A stretch of DNA of 64,000 nt, from contig OZ286472.1 of assembly GCA_965644265.1 (NCBI GenBank), positions 34,782,001 through 34,846,000 on the forward strand, in the 5' to 3' direction. This DNA is from Glycera tridactyla (taxonomy: Eukaryota). Position numbers and translations under genes: made by a program. How positions within the stretch are numbered: the stretch's first letter is position 1; the number at the start of each line of letters is the position of its first letter. This document shows, piece by piece, positions 1 through 13,639 of the stretch. The notes beneath the pieces are model-generated. The model searched no databases. It worked only from the letters and a program-made list of their open reading frames with translations, and was not told the origin of the DNA.

Positions 1-95
1 CAGACGGACAGACGGACAGACGGACAGACGGACGGACAGACAGACGGACAGAGTGAATCCAGTATGCCCCCCCTACCTTCGGTTGGGGGGCATAA
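1..95 (+). mobile_element. 3' end of a HINE/Helentron-type non-autonomous element
   Basis: (GACG/GACA)n microsatellite followed by a terminal stem-loop TATGCCCCCC(63-72)/GGGGGGCATA(85-94); same architecture as the complete elements at 5532-8200 and 24921-26297. Confidence 0.7.
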
Positions 96-96
96 T

Positions 97-372
97 GAAG
101 GAGGAGTTGCACAGCCAATAATTCACATGTAAAATTCAGAAAAAGGGCTATAACATCTCGAAAAATGATCTGATCATGAAACCCTGACAATATGCACTGC
201 ATAACCTTGTGGTGATCATTCTGTGAAAGTTTGGTGAAAATCGCATGTAAAATGAATGAGGAGTTTCGCAGCCAAGAAAGTGTGACGGACTGACGGACTG
301 ACAGACTGACAGACTGACGGACTGACGGATGGCCACTATTTTAATATCCCTACGTCTTTCAGCGAGGGATAA
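97..372 (+). mobile_element. 3' part of a second HINE-like element directly behind the first (possibly nested)
   Basis: (GACT/GACG)n tract at about 283-330, then CCACTATTTT and a stem-loop TATCCCT...AGGGATA (345-371); CCACTATTTT also precedes the hairpins at about 26253 and 29628. Confidence 0.6.
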
Positions 373-3289
373 ATATTGAACTCACAGTGAAAATGATTGT
401 GCGAATAAATTCCTAGGTAAAAAATCGTGCGTTATCCATGCATAAATCTCTCAAATCAGTCAAATATTCACCGAAAATAGCGGAAATATTGAGCTGCTAG
501 GTCTGGCATCTTCAACCACGTGCGTGCCGCCATGTTGGACCTTGCTTCGCTGGTTCTCTGCCCGGCTGCTTGGGGCTCAGAAAGAGCGGGAAATTAAAAT
601 ATCGTGAGTATCAAATTCAGTTGGCATCTTCTCTCTCCCACGAAAGGGGGGGGGGGGGGGCTTATGAGGGTGGGGGCGCTAATTAGGGAGAATACCGTAC
701 TTCCACTTGACAACTTATCAGGCGGCCCATCATTTTGTGTTCATGCAGTGTGTAAATGATGCCCGCGTGGGACAGAGCATACATAGTTCTCTGTGTTGAT
801 ACAAGCTGACAAACGACAATCAATCAATCAAAAGATGAACAGTTCAATGTCAAGTGTACCACTCCTCATTTGTTGAATCTTCTTGGAAGCTTGGCTTATT
901 CTCAAGCAAAGGTATGTAAGTGGGGAATTGAAATATATCATCTGCAGGCACTTCCCGTCTGGCTGTATTGGATATTGTTATCCCTGACTATCTTTAGCAG
1001 ATTCACCTTGATCAGCATGGTCTCAGTCACGTCTTCTTATTTGCTCTGAGGACCAAGGATATCCTAATAGATGCACCACAATTTGATATCAGCACACAAA
1101 TCACAGTGTCTAACATAAAATACTGTCTAAAACCTACTGTTTCACATCCACCAACTGATTTACCAGTGTTGAATCTAGGAATCACCATGATATTTCAAAT
1201 AAATGGAAGAAATAAGCTTGCTAGCATTTCCAGGTGAAAACATCTTCCCAGGAAACAGAATAGACTATATCATTTAAATGCATAAATTGATGATGGGACG
1301 AAATTTTCACCTCCATCCAGAAACAAGGCGTCTCGTCTCCTGTCAGGTCTGAGGAGCCATTTGCCCTAAAAGCTGATGTGGAGTAGATACTGACTTACAC
1401 ATTCTCAATATAGGTGCAGATCAAATCATATTTCTACTAGAGCAACTATGAAACAAGACCTTGGTATCAAAAAGACATGAATGAATTGGCTGAAAATGCT
1501 ACATCAAGTTATGATGCCAGCTTATGAAACAAAAGAGAAACAGCTGGAACTGTGAATAGAATTTCATATTAGTTAGTTTTTTGGTTGAGTTTTAACTGCA
1601 TGTATCATCTATGGTTGGATCTAGGGATATTACCAGGCTGCTCCTCGGCACCCTCGCCATATTTACTAAACAAACAAAGCACAGTCCTCACATTTAGTTG
1701 CCTGATTAGCACACTTTCTTGGAGACATCTCTAAAGTATCACCATCAGGGTTCCCTCTATAGATTAGCACTCTGGCTATAGCTAATCAGTCAAGTTGAAG
1801 AAAACTTTGATTCGCCAATATAATTCGCTATAATAATTTTCCTGATTGCAGAAACGAGGTGGTGCAGGTTTATGGTAGATGATTTTCTCCCTGATTGCAT
1901 TTGTTTTGGTAAAAGAAATGCTACAGGAATTGATTTGGTATAAGAATGTCATTAATGTTCCATGTTGGCGAACTAATTCAAAGAAATGCTCTCTGATTCC
2001 AATAGAGTGCTTTCTGATTCCAATATATTGCTTTCTGAATTGCAAAAATTATTTTCATTGTGCTAAAATCATCCGCTGAGATGTTTTCCTTTCTAGAGGG
2101 AACCTGAACCATATTCAAAAAGTTTTCATTTCTCAGGTGTATGAAGAATGCTCATCATATATGGATGTCATCACAAGGTGCGCAATGTGCACATATAAAT
2201 TTCTTTCAGGAGATATCTGCTTCAAAAAAACCCAAACAGAGACTACTGCATCTGCTTCATAGGCGAGACAAAATCCTCTCGATCAAAACCTTTGACTGGT
2301 GAAATTCACTCCTTTTTTCTGCTTGAATTCTGTCTTAACACCTCAACGAGGTCACATGACCCGATTAGATTGTATTTTTCACCAGCTGACGAAGAGATTG
2401 GATGATTCCCTGAAAGCTCCTGAGCTGTCTTTCAAAAATACTGTGAGTACTGTGAACTCTCTTCATTACCGATTCTCTCTTTCAAAATATGAATTGAGAG
2501 AAAACGATTCCAGTCATTTAGGAAGCATAACTTGACAATCATGTGGTCCTGGAATCAGCAGAAATTGGGTTGCCTTATATGAATTAGGCATGAGGGATAG
2601 CCTTGTTTGTGGGGTTTAGGCGAGTATGTGCATTGGAGGTGGGCAGAAGAGACCATGACTTGAGTGTAGTGTGGTGATAAAACGGTGTCTTATAGCTGGA
2701 TAATACAGCTCTTATTACATGATCAGCCAGCGCCATCTACCCCTGATGAGAGATGCAATGACATACGCTACCTGCTTGAACAACATTCATATGTAAATTT
2801 GTCACATACAGATGCAGTAAACTATGGTTATTTTGTACAAGAGACTCACCAACGCAACCCTGGGTTAAAGAGATTGGGAAGCCTCAGTTAGGTTTGATAA
2901 CAAGTTTATCTGAGGAATACCAGTACTCTCAATGTTCACATTAAAACCACAGTATTGTCACAGCTTGACTGGAAATACCCCCACCATCACTTTGACACTA
3001 AGAAGGTATANNNNNNNNNNNNNNNNNNNNNNNNNNNNNNNNNNNNNNNNNNNNNNNNNNNNNNNNNNNNNNNNNNNNNNNNNNNNNNNNNNNNNNNNNN
3101 NNNNNNNNNNNNNNNNNNNNNNNNNNNNNNNNNNNNNNNNNNNNNNNNNNNNNNNNNNNNNNNNNNNNNNNNATGAGATCGAACAGTCATAATGAAGGAC
3201 TTCTGAATAGACATACAATACCGAAATGTCTTACACAACATAGATGAGAATGAGAGAAAAGCCATGGAAAAAAATTCTTCTTTTCTCTC

Positions 3290-3490
3290 AAATAACTCTG
3301 AATGTATGGATCAATAGGCATGACAATTTGTCTTTCACATCTACACATGGTGATGACATATGTCAAGTTTCAATCCAATCGCTTAAGAAATTTGGAAGTT
3401 GTTTGCAGGACAAACTTTTTGCTGATAGACCAACTGACCAACAGAGTGACACCAATATACAAACCCCAAGAAAAAAGGGGGTGATAAGGT
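3290..3490 (+). mobile_element. degenerate HINE-like 3' end
   Basis: GACCAACTGACCAACAGAGTGA followed by an imperfect TATAC..CCCC...GGGGTGATAA hairpin, resembling the end at 50-95. Confidence 0.4.
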
Positions 3491-5720
3491 AACATCTAAC
3501 CTCACAGCAAAATAGAGACTACATTGCTGAATATGTATGTGATATTAACCAGCTGTGATGGTCATGAATATATCATCTACTTCCTCATCTCTATCCCACC
3601 TCCCATGGATGATCCAGGGTATCATCAACCCAGAATTGAATGTAGGGCACAGATCCAACACTCCAGTCCCAACGATGATGGTGTGGGCTGCACATTGCTG
3701 ACATTTTACCCCATTCCCTGAAGCTGTCTGTGGTGGATAAGGATAGACTGATGAAGTTGAAGGTCCGAATATATAACATTTTTGCAGAGTCACATGTGCT
3801 AACAGAAAGAAGAAAAATAGAGTGAGGCTGCTGGAGATTGGAGAACAATGCTGTGATGGAGCACCAACAAGAGAGAACAAATCAATTTTGTTACAGATCA
3901 TGACCCAACAAAAACATGCAAAATTGAGAACAAGCACATCAGCTTGAAAAATCAACCCCTGAAATTTACTGTGACAGAGAGAACAGAAATTGATAAAAAA
4001 GAGATGCTCATATAAGATAAAACCAATCGATACTGTTGCAAAACACAAAAGTATGAAGAATGCAATGCCAATGAGAAATGTAGCCTTGAATAAAGGCGCC
4101 CCTTGCATCTATGAAACAAACTCGAAGGCAAAAGACAGCCATATTCTTGTGAAAAACCCCTTTGGAAACAGTATTGTTGTTTTCACAGAATCGCACACAT
4201 TCAGTTTCACATACCCTTGTTGGGAAACTACCTTTCATTCAACATAAAAGCAAACAATCTATTTTACAAAACATTGTTGGCAATTTATCTCACAAATGAG
4301 TATGTACAGAACCTGTGCGTCTAGTTACTTTGTATTTCGGCCATTAAACCCCTTTTCTGAACTGAAATACCTGGAGACTCTGTAATGATCTGAAGTACAC
4401 CTGACTTTGAAATGTTGAGCATGGATGAACAGACATTTCCAGAAATTGAAATTGTCTGAAACTATGCAGATACTTCCCTATCGAAATTGTTATAAAGAAA
4501 CACCTATCTAGCCAACCTGTCAAGCAAACTGATGATATAAGTATATATCATATCAATGGTATCACCACGAAAGTTCATGTTGAATATAATCAGAATGAAA
4601 TGTTGACTGTTGTAATGGATCAATCAGTAATAATGTTGCATGGGTCGAGCTGGCATGGTGGTGATACGGGGAGGTGGTGGGATCTTCAAATTTCAACCGA
4701 GAATGGGATCTTTAAATTTCAACCGAGAATGGGACAAGTTCCAGTGCTACGGACCCTTTCATAGCCGTCATCGTACCTCAATCTACACCATCCACAAAAT
4801 CTACAATATGACTCTTTTCTTCTTAATAACATGATCATCATAAAGTACATAACAGACATAATGTCTATCAATAGAAAAACTTTGTATGCATTACTTCAAT
4901 AACTAATGAAAATTGATTATATCAAAAATAGCCCCACCTCGTGCTACAATCCATCCTAAATCCATCACTCTAAATGAAACAGATATCTTTTCCAACCACA
5001 AAAATCGATTTATTTCAAAAATTCAGTTGTCTCTTAAATTAACAGGCCTTGTTTGAAGACCTCATCCATGGCCAGAATTTATTAGGGAATGCTATGCAAT
5101 GTATTTATGTCAAGTTTGGGTGGCATGGGGCAACAACCATCTTTGGAAAAATACAATTTCCGAAAAGGCATTTTTGTCCCCAAAGCATTTCTGTCCCCAA
5201 TATTGATTGGCTGGCATTCACTGGGAATGCTATGAAAGATATCTGTGTCAAGTGTGGTGTGGATAGAAACAGACATCATCACATGAAAGAGCATTTTCTA
5301 AAAGCCAATTTTTGCCCCAATATCAATTAGGCTTGTTGGATGACTCAATCTTCGGCAATATTCATCAAGGAATGCATTGAGATGTGAGTTTGTCATATTT
5401 GGTGTGGCCAGGGACAGTCACCATTTTGTTAAAAAAAGTTCAAACAGGGATGTCAGTAGTCCAAATTCCTGGGTGGCATTCATGCTAGGATGTTATAAAA
5501 TCTGTGACTAGTGACCACCCAAAAAAGCATGAACAAGGCCACAGAGGGGCAATATACCCCGCACACGGGAGCATAGTGGGTAACCCATATTGCACACTGG
5601 AGCACAGTGGGTAACCCATATCGGAAAAGGTCATTGAGATGTTTGGTTGGCTATGTAATAAGTCACTGGATCACTGTGTAGAATAAGAAAATCTAATACA
5701 TATGTAGTAGCACCTAAAAC

Positions 5721-7045
5721 ATTCACCTTGACCTATGACTTAGGGTCACATGCATTGTAAGAGAGATGCTGTAACATTGCTTGATCATCCCAGATCAGTT
5801 TGATCTTCATCCAAAAATGCTAGCCTGAGTTATTGTGTGAGATGCGGAAATTTAAAAATAGCTCCTATGGCCTTGACCTTTGACGCAGGGTCACATGCAT
5901 CAAATGGGAGATATCTCACCATTGGGTCTTTACGTTGTGAAACTTTGGTGCATATCGATCAATGCAAGCTTGAGCTGGAGTGTGAAATGAGAAAATTTAT
6001 GAATAGTTCCTGTGACCTTGACCTTTGACCTAGGATCAAATGCATCGTTAAGGAGGTGGCCTACCATTAGGTCATTACTTTGTGTAAGTTTGATGCATAT
6101 CCATCTCGCTTGAGTTAGAGTGTGAAATGGGAAAATCTGTAAATAGTTCCTGTGACCTTGACCTTTGACATGGGGTCACATGCATCGAAAGGGAGGTGGC
6201 CTACCATTAAGTCATTACTTTGTGTAAGTTTGGTGCATATCCATCAGAGCTGGCTTGAGTTAGAGTGTAAAATGGGGAAATATATAAATAGCTCCTGTGA
6301 CCTTGACCTTTGACCTAGGGTCACATGCATCAAAAGGGAGGTGGCCTACCATTGGGTCATTCCTTTGTGTGAGTTTGGTGCATATCCATCGAAGCTCGCT
6401 CGAGTTAGAGTGTAAAATGAGGAAATCTATAAATAGCTCCTGTGACCTTGACCTTTGACCTAGGGTCACACGCATCGAAAGGGAGGTGGCCTACCATGAG
6501 GTCATTACTTTGCGTGACTTTGATGCATATCCATTCAGGCTAACTTGAGTTAGTGTGAAAAAAGAAAATTTTTAAATAGCTCCTGTGACCTTGACCTTTG
6601 ACCTGGGGTCACATGCATCGAAAAGGAGGTGGCCTACCATTAAGTCATTACTTTGTGTAAGTTTGGTGCATATCTATCAGAGCTGGCTTGAGTTAGAGTG
6701 TAAAAAGGGGAAATCTATAAATAGCTCCTGTGACCTTGACCTTCGACCTGGGGTCACATGCATCAAAAGGGAGGTGGCCTACCATTAGGTCATTACTTTG
6801 TGTAAGTTTGGTGCATATCCATCTAAGCTCGCTTGAGTTAGTGTAAAATGGGAAAATCTATAAATAGCTCCTGTGACCTTGACCTTCGACCTGGGGTCAC
6901 ATGCATCAAAAGGGAGGTGGCCCAACATTGGGTCATTACTTTATGTAAGTTTGGTGCATATCCATTGAGGCTAACTTGAGTTAGAGTGTAAAATAAGAAA
7001 ATCTATAAATAGCTCCTGTGATCTTGACCTTTGACCTTTGGGTAC
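5721..7045. repeat. tandem array of about 145-bp units (about 9 copies) inside the HINE
   Basis: Anchor TGTGACCTTGACC at 6011, 6151, 6296, 6441, 6584, 6729, 6872 and (TGTGATCTTGACC) 7017, spacing 140-145 bp, plus diverged copies near 5866 and 5725. Confidence 0.95.
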
Positions 7046-7164
7046 GAAAATCAAATTCTCGAATACGATCTTTTCATAGATCACAGTTATGAAGTTTTAT
7101 GAAAATTGGACCAGCCAATTCAAAGTTATTGCATGAAATGTGAGCGGACGGACGGACGGACGTA

Positions 7165-8118
7165 CAGTAAAACCTGTCTTAAGCAAAAAGTCACGGGACC
7201 AAATTTTTTTTTCACTTAAGACAGGATTTTGCTTAGCGCAGGATTTCACTACTGGTTGACCGATATGATAACAAATAACACCAACACATCATTTTCGCAT
7301 CAGAATCTTCTATATTATCACATCCACATGTCCCAAAGCACATGGAACACTTAAATATCACACAAAATAAATCACAAATCACAAAAAAATCCACAAAAAA
7401 TCCACAAAAATCACGAAAAATCCACAAAAATCACAAAAAATCCACAAAAATCACGAAAAATCCACAGAAATCACTCCATCTGCTCATCGTCACATCTCAC
7501 TTCTTCGCGAAGAAGTCTTGCATCGTAGTCTGGCGACAAGATGGGGGAGACGGGGGAGGCGGGGGGAGAACACCGTGAACTCGCGAATCTAGACTTGCTC
7601 ACATTGTCAGAGAGACGGGGGGAGCTGCGAAAACCGAGGTTCGTATCACGGGTGAGCTGATGTCAACTTCGCTTTTCGCGCGAATGTAGATTTGCTCACA
7701 TTATGGAGACGGGGGGAGGCGGGGGAGACGGGGGAGAACACCGTAAACTTCGCTTTTCGCGCGAATCTAGACTTGCTCACATTGTCAGAGCCGGGGGGAG
7801 CTGCGAAAAACCGTGAACGCAGTCATCGCACCATGTAAAGCAGAGGACTGCCTGGGAGAGGCTCGGATTCGTGGGCGAGATCATCGCTGAATCCCAGCGG
7901 AATGACTCACTCGCGAGTTTCGATGTCAACTTCGCTTCTCGCTTAATACAGGTTGGTGGGCCCCGCGGGACCGAAAATGGCGTTCCGTTGTTCGCGTTAG
8001 ACAGGTTTTCGCTTAATACAGGTCAATTATAGTGAAAAAACGTTCGGGCGGACCTTGGGGTATGCGCTTAAGACAGGATTTCGCCTAGCACAGGTTTACG
8101 CTCGAGCAGGTTCTACTG
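7165..8118. mobile_element. 954-bp TA-flanked MITE (Tc1/mariner-pogo type)
   Basis: TIRs CAGTAAAACCTG / CAGGTTCTACTG; TA on both sides (7163-64, 8119-20); inserted in the HINE microsatellite; internal AAAAATC(A/C)AC-type repeats at about 7365-7470 and CpG-rich repeats. Confidence 0.85.
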
Positions 8119-9479
8119 TACGTACGTACGTACGTACGTACGTACGGACGCTGGAGGTGAAACTATTATACCCCGCTTTTTCAAAAGCGGGGTATAAAAA
8201 GGAGTCATTCAAGACAGGTCGCTCATTGCAGTTCGATCAGCTGGGCCTGGCAGCAAACAAATGTACACACAGAAATTACTCCCAATATCGCCCACCTATC
8301 TTTCACTGAATAAACATCAATAATCCCGAAATTCATACAAATCACATGGAGAAGTCATATATAGACTCCATTCTTAACAAAACCAGTGTTCTCATGAGGA
8401 AATATCCTTATTATTTGCCAGAAATGGTGAAATTTGTTCGCTTTCGGCCATGTCAATCAAACTGCATAATAACCATGAAGTTTTCCAAGGGAACCCCTCA
8501 TTATGTATAATCTATGCGAGTATCAATTTTTAGATACGCATCCTTGTTCCTCCAACAATATCAATAATAGTGAATTTGCAAACAATTTTGAGCATGGAAC
8601 GTCCAGTCCGCGCAGGAATATCATCATTTGATGGAAGATCAGTTTGATATGTGTTGAAAAACATCTTCATTGATAAGAAATGTGTGTTTCTGGAGCTGAT
8701 GGAGATGGATTGTATTGCTCGTGACAGGTTTCACTGTGATTCCCACATACAACTTCATGAGAAAAATATGTGTGTTCATCAATATTGATACAATTTCAAT
8801 AATTCCCGTTGACTACTGAGAGTAATAAGTCAAAACGTCACCAAAGCACATCGGCGATGTATTTCACCAATATGGCTGTATCTGTGGTATAATGGGAGTC
8901 ACCATTGCTTGAAAATTCCATTTCTGAAAATGCATCAGTGTCCTAAAAATAGTGAATCCGTGACAATAGAAGAGGATGCTGAAGAGCACAATCCCTGAAA
9001 ATGCAGACTGATGAAAAATGGAGAAACTGGCCATACAGGTACAGAGTATATCATAAGCAGCTCTGACTGAAAGAAGAAAACTATAGTAGAGCTTGGGATA
9101 TCAGTATAATCATGGGAAAGCAAATCATTGAGGAGTAAAAAGAAACAATAGAGGACATGGAACAGTAACCAGATTGTCCGCCAATAATGCAGAATGGAGA
9201 GTGTATTACTGCCCTCTCGGCCACCTCATCAGAGACTCCTGCAGGTTACATGCTTACAATGAGATTTGGCAGGACTTGTCATTGACAGCAAACTAATAAC
9301 TTTGGCGTAATCATCTCCTCAATGTGATTAGGCCATGTTCTCACCTATTCAATCAGAGCTATCAATTCAATATTGTATCAATTTGTGTTGGACTACTGAC
9401 TTGTGTGAAATATTACTTCATCTCCTACTCTTATAATGGAGCCAGAGGAAAGTTTCACTGAGACAGAGACCATCCAAAT

Positions 9480-9716
9480 AAAGTCAGAACCTAGAAATAT
9501 TCCCTTAGAACCTAGAGTATTGATTTGAGAAAATTGCATGATTGGAAAATGAAGAAAATGTGATGATTTTGCAGAGAATGCTGCGAATAGATATGTGTAT
9601 TAATATACATGTAGTTTGTAACTGCCGAAAAAACTCTTGTGAGCTAAATGTGGGTTGTATATTTCTGTACATACATGCCAGTTTAAATAAAGTTGTTTGA
9701 ATTGAATTGAAATGAA
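9480..9716 (+). mobile_element. 3' end of a LINE-type retroposon
   Basis: AATAAA followed by a (TTGAA)n tail (TTTGAATTGAATTGAAATGAA), like the tail of the LINE at 46852-46875; 5' limit uncertain. Confidence 0.45.
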
Positions 9717-9918
9717 TCTGCTCCCAAATTCAGATATATGATCAGCTTCTTATAAGGAGATGAATGGCGACACTGGAATTGCATGTGAATTTTATGGAGG
9801 ATTTTGCTATGTAGGCTTAGCAAAAACAATCAGTCACCCCATACTGGAAACAAAGACATATGTTCAGGCTATGATCTGTAGCATGCATATGGCCTGAAAT
9901 TTGTATAGGCTGTAAGTA

Positions 9919-10094
9919 CCGTAAAACCTGCAACGAGAGTCCCCCCTGAATGTCACCAAAAAGTGGTCTCTCAAAAGAGGTGGTCTCTCTTCAAAGGTAA
10001 ATTTGACTATGTCAAATACAGAGGCTGCAGTGAGAAGGTGGTCCCCCATCAGTGGTGGTCTCTCATTGGAGGTCTCTCCTTGCATGTTTCACAG
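9919..10094. mobile_element. 176-bp TA-flanked MITE (GGTGGTCTCT family)
   Basis: Degenerate TIRs CCGTAAAACCTG / CATGTTTCACAG, TA flanks, repeated GGTGGTCTCT motifs; homologous to 12859-13034. Confidence 0.7.
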
Positions 10095-12301
10095 TATTGC
10101 TGAAGCCCTTGATCTAATTAGATTCGATAGGATAATTCAAAAACATGCTGCTGCCCAGTAGCTCTCTAGACTCCCTACAAATATTGTGAATCACTCCGAG
10201 ACAGGTCATGCCATTTAGAAATCAAATCGATTCTTGGTACTCACAGGATGCTCAGTCAACAAAAATTATTCACCCTCACACACCCTGAACACAAAATGAT
10301 GGTCACACGTAAGGCAGCTGAAGAAAAGTAGCTCTGGTCCCTACTGCTAGAGGGGATCAGCAAACACAAAGGATTATCCCAAAATGTGAAGCCAGATATT
10401 TTTACTTGTCACAAGAATCATGTTTCAAGATTTTTTGAGTTCCTACCCTCAACAAGAGCCTGGTCAAGCACAGATGGGGAGCTGCAGCACTTGTTTTGAC
10501 AAAGCCACAGATGTATCATCAGGTATTCTGCGTATGTACTCACCGACACTGTTGGCATTCACAACATCACCACCAAAGTGGCTTCCTTTGCATAGGATCT
10601 TACCTCTCCATGACAGCAAACAACTAATCATTCCCTGCTCAAGTCATCCTCATTAGCTAGCCAAACATTGATGAGCCCAAGCATTGGGATACAACATAAT
10701 TATAGGCTCCATGAGTAATACGTCATAAAATTCAAAGTTTGACTACATGCAGTAACCCTCATCTAGTGCCTTTCGGCATGATAGCCAAAAGTCGATTAAA
10801 CATGTCTTAGAATTATCCTCATAGGCAGTGTGAAATATTTGTAAGGATCAGAAGTTTCAAGGACAAACTCATATAGGTGTGATATCATCTATATATTCAA
10901 ATGGGGATGTTCCGGCAATGATGAAATCACTCATTTCTGGCAATTTCCTGAAGAAAAAAATCATCAACTTTTGGAGAATCAATCAGAGAATATAGACACA
11001 TGATTCATTACCTCATGGGAAACCACCATGATTCACCTGTGCATGGCACAGGTCTGGCCTAGTATTCATGAATGGTTGCGGGCATACAAGCACAATAGAT
11101 ATCAGTTAAAGAGTGCGGCATACAGTATGAAATGTCACTAGTCATCATGAGCCAGGGATTCAAATATGAATCATATGAATCATAGTGAATGATTTCATAA
11201 ACAAAAGCAAAAAATTTGACATGCCTTTTGCACAGTTAAGACATACTAACAGTACAGTCATGATATTGGTATGACTCCCCCTGTGTGCTGATTGATGATG
11301 AATCTTTGTCTGCTCGTTATTGGTTTGTTCAATCAGGTTCAATGTCCCATGTCCATTGGAGCCCTTCCTATTGTGGCACTCCTCCATCATTGGTACTCAT
11401 ATCATAGTCTATTGTCTATGGAGTGAGGAAAGAAACACTCTTTTATACAGAATCTTACATTATGCAGTTTTATCGCCAAATGCAATGAGTTCCCATGCAT
11501 CCAGAATGAAGTCATATTCAGTCTACAAAACTTATTCAGCAACTTATATGCAATGTTCAAGAAGTAATCAAACTTAAATTCATAACTTGAGAATTTGCTC
11601 CGATGATGGATTGGTGGCTGATAAATTAAAAAAATTAAGAATACATGAGTTTCAATGAGTTCTGCTTGAAAAAATCATGGAAAATTTTGCTTGTCCTGGG
11701 TGTTTCTTTGGATTGTTCGTGGGTGACATTGGATGGAAGAATGCCATGTAGAAGATTTAGTATACAGTATATTGCCGAATATACGTGCAGTGCACCAAGG
11801 CAATGTCAAGTACCATGTGTGTCTATTTGGAACCAATTTTGACCAGGCAAAGACTGACAGACATTTCGTTTTTATCATGAAATACATGTTCATTTGGGTT
11901 TCAAATATGTTCCACTGGTCATAGCTGGTGCCGTGGACAAGTTGAAATTACAGGGTGTGTGTCTAAATGGGTATGGGCAAGTACATGTATATGCCAATAT
12001 ACGGTATACAATATGTTCATGCATTCGCATCAATTCCCAAGCTTGGCTGTAAAATCCTGCCGAGCGGCCAATATGCTCACCTGGCAGACTTGTCAATGAG
12101 GCACTTTTTATCTTATCTCACAAACAATTTCATGCCTCGAAGAATCCCCTAATCCCAACACATTCAAGTCCAGTGCATTATGCAAGAATTTAATGATCTG
12201 TGAGATGGCAAACAACTGAACTTATCTCAATGCTAGGGTGTGAAACTAGATGAATCTCAATATGTCACCTAAATGTCACCATATTCATCACCATATTCAT
12301 C

Positions 12302-12560
12302 ATCGAGCAAGAGCAGCCCTCACTAAACCGGGACAGGGGCCGCCACCTCCCGCCACTCTATCGGGAGTTGATCGAAAAGACAACAACACGTGACCCTCCC
12401 CGACTACGGGATCACGTGACGACGCTACCTAGCGTCGCCATTAGCTTTGAATAAGGGAAGCAGTTGCATTCTCGAAAGCTCGCTTGCACGAACTTTTATC
12501 GCAGTGTGTATTCGTTATAATCTTCATCCATAGAAGAATCTCTTCTCATGTAATGTCCTT
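12302..12560 (+). mobile_element. Penelope-like element 3' fragment (C-terminus of GIY-YIG endonuclease)
   Basis: 12302-12454 translates IEQEQPSLNRDRGRHLPPLYRELIEKTT...FE*, matching the PSLNRDxG..LP..Y end typical of PLE endonucleases; CpG-rich; followed by a hairpin and GAAA. Confidence 0.7.
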
Positions 12561-12699
12561 TCCCTCAATAACATGCTTGAAATGAGTGTGAAGTTGCTCG
12601 TCTTAAGATGATACCATGTGAATCATTTCCATAAAAAAACTTATCAAATCTTGTCTTAGCCGTTGATATTATTATCTTTTCATGTCAGAGTTGTATATG

Positions 12700-12804
12700 T
12701 TTGCTCGATCACATAAAACGACCCATATTGGGTCCCGTGTAAATATGTATGTACATATGTATCTTGAGCAATAAAGATTCTTATATCTTATATCTTATAT
12801 CTTA
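12700..12804 (+). mobile_element. retroposon 3' tail
   Basis: AATAAA (12770-12775) followed by (TTATATC)n at 12781-12804. Confidence 0.5.
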
Positions 12805-12858
12805 ACCCTAGGATCTTCTGGTGAATGATGACCCTTGGCCTACCATTATGATTAGTTA

Positions 12859-13034
12859 CCGTAAAACCTACGACCAGTAACCTCCCTGAATATAATCAAA
12901 AAACAGTCTCTCAAAAGAGATGGTCTCTGATAGGAGGTATATTTTACCATAACAAATAGAGAAACCACTCTGAAAGAGCGGTCTCCCATCAAAGGTGGTC
13001 TCTGATCAAGGGATCCCTGTCACAGATTTCACTG
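12859..13034. mobile_element. 176-bp TA-flanked MITE (GGTGGTCTCT family)
   Basis: CCGTAAAACCT...AGATTTCACTG with TA flanks; same length and internal motifs as 9919-10094. Confidence 0.7.
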
Positions 13035-13639
13035 TACAATGAAATGATCTCACTTTTTTCCACATCGAAATGTTGGTTCCAGATTGACATGTATTGGTCA
13101 AATTGTGATTCTTTTCAAGCTCTTGGAATATAAGATGGAGAGAAAACGAATGCTTCACCTGCATGCATGCACGCATGAACGCACACACACACACATCCAT
13201 ACTTCACATTCTCTATTCATATAGATATCAATAGAGGAGAATATCATACCGGATTGCCAGGCTATTCTCTGCATTCAATGCCATGGCTAGAACCAACAAA
13301 AGTGTCTGATCCGGGACAATTATGATTAATTTACATACAAGAATGTCACTACTGGAGCTTGAAATTGGCCAGCAGCCAGCCATCTTGGCGATATTTCAAC
13401 CTTGATCAATTCCTCTATGAATCGAGAACCATCTATCCTTTCCCGGAATCGAACAAACTTTTCAAGATCTATAAAATATGCTCATCGAATAGAAGGTGGC
13501 GGGTGGATCAATCTAGATAATATGAATCAGCTGTGATGAACAAACATGCACAGATTGAAAAGTTTGAATATCTTTTTGAGATGCTCAGAGAATCATGAAA
13601 TTAACAGTATAAGTTTTTGGGTACTGGCAACTACTAATT

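Larger units (their letters stand above)
5532..8200 (+). mobile_element. complete HINE-like element with internal 145-bp satellite, interrupted by a MITE
   Basis: Starts AACAAG; subterminal TATACCCCGC (5553-5562) recurs in the 3' 15-bp stem-loop TTATACCCCGCTTTT-TC-AAAAGCGGGGTATAA (8166-8197); GACG/TACG microsatellite before the hairpin; no TSD seen. Confidence 0.8.

Noticed and set aside
2386-2442. 57-nt plus-strand phase-0 exon candidate (LTKRLDDSLKAPELSFKNT) with TTTTTCACCAG and GTGAGT signals
   Set aside because: Isolated; the nearest upstream candidate (2138-2178) is phase-incompatible; no recognisable protein; such signals occur by chance.
3545-4108. 187-aa hydrophobic minus-strand ORF
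   Set aside because: No recognisable domain or splice context; composition is explained by the T-rich strand.
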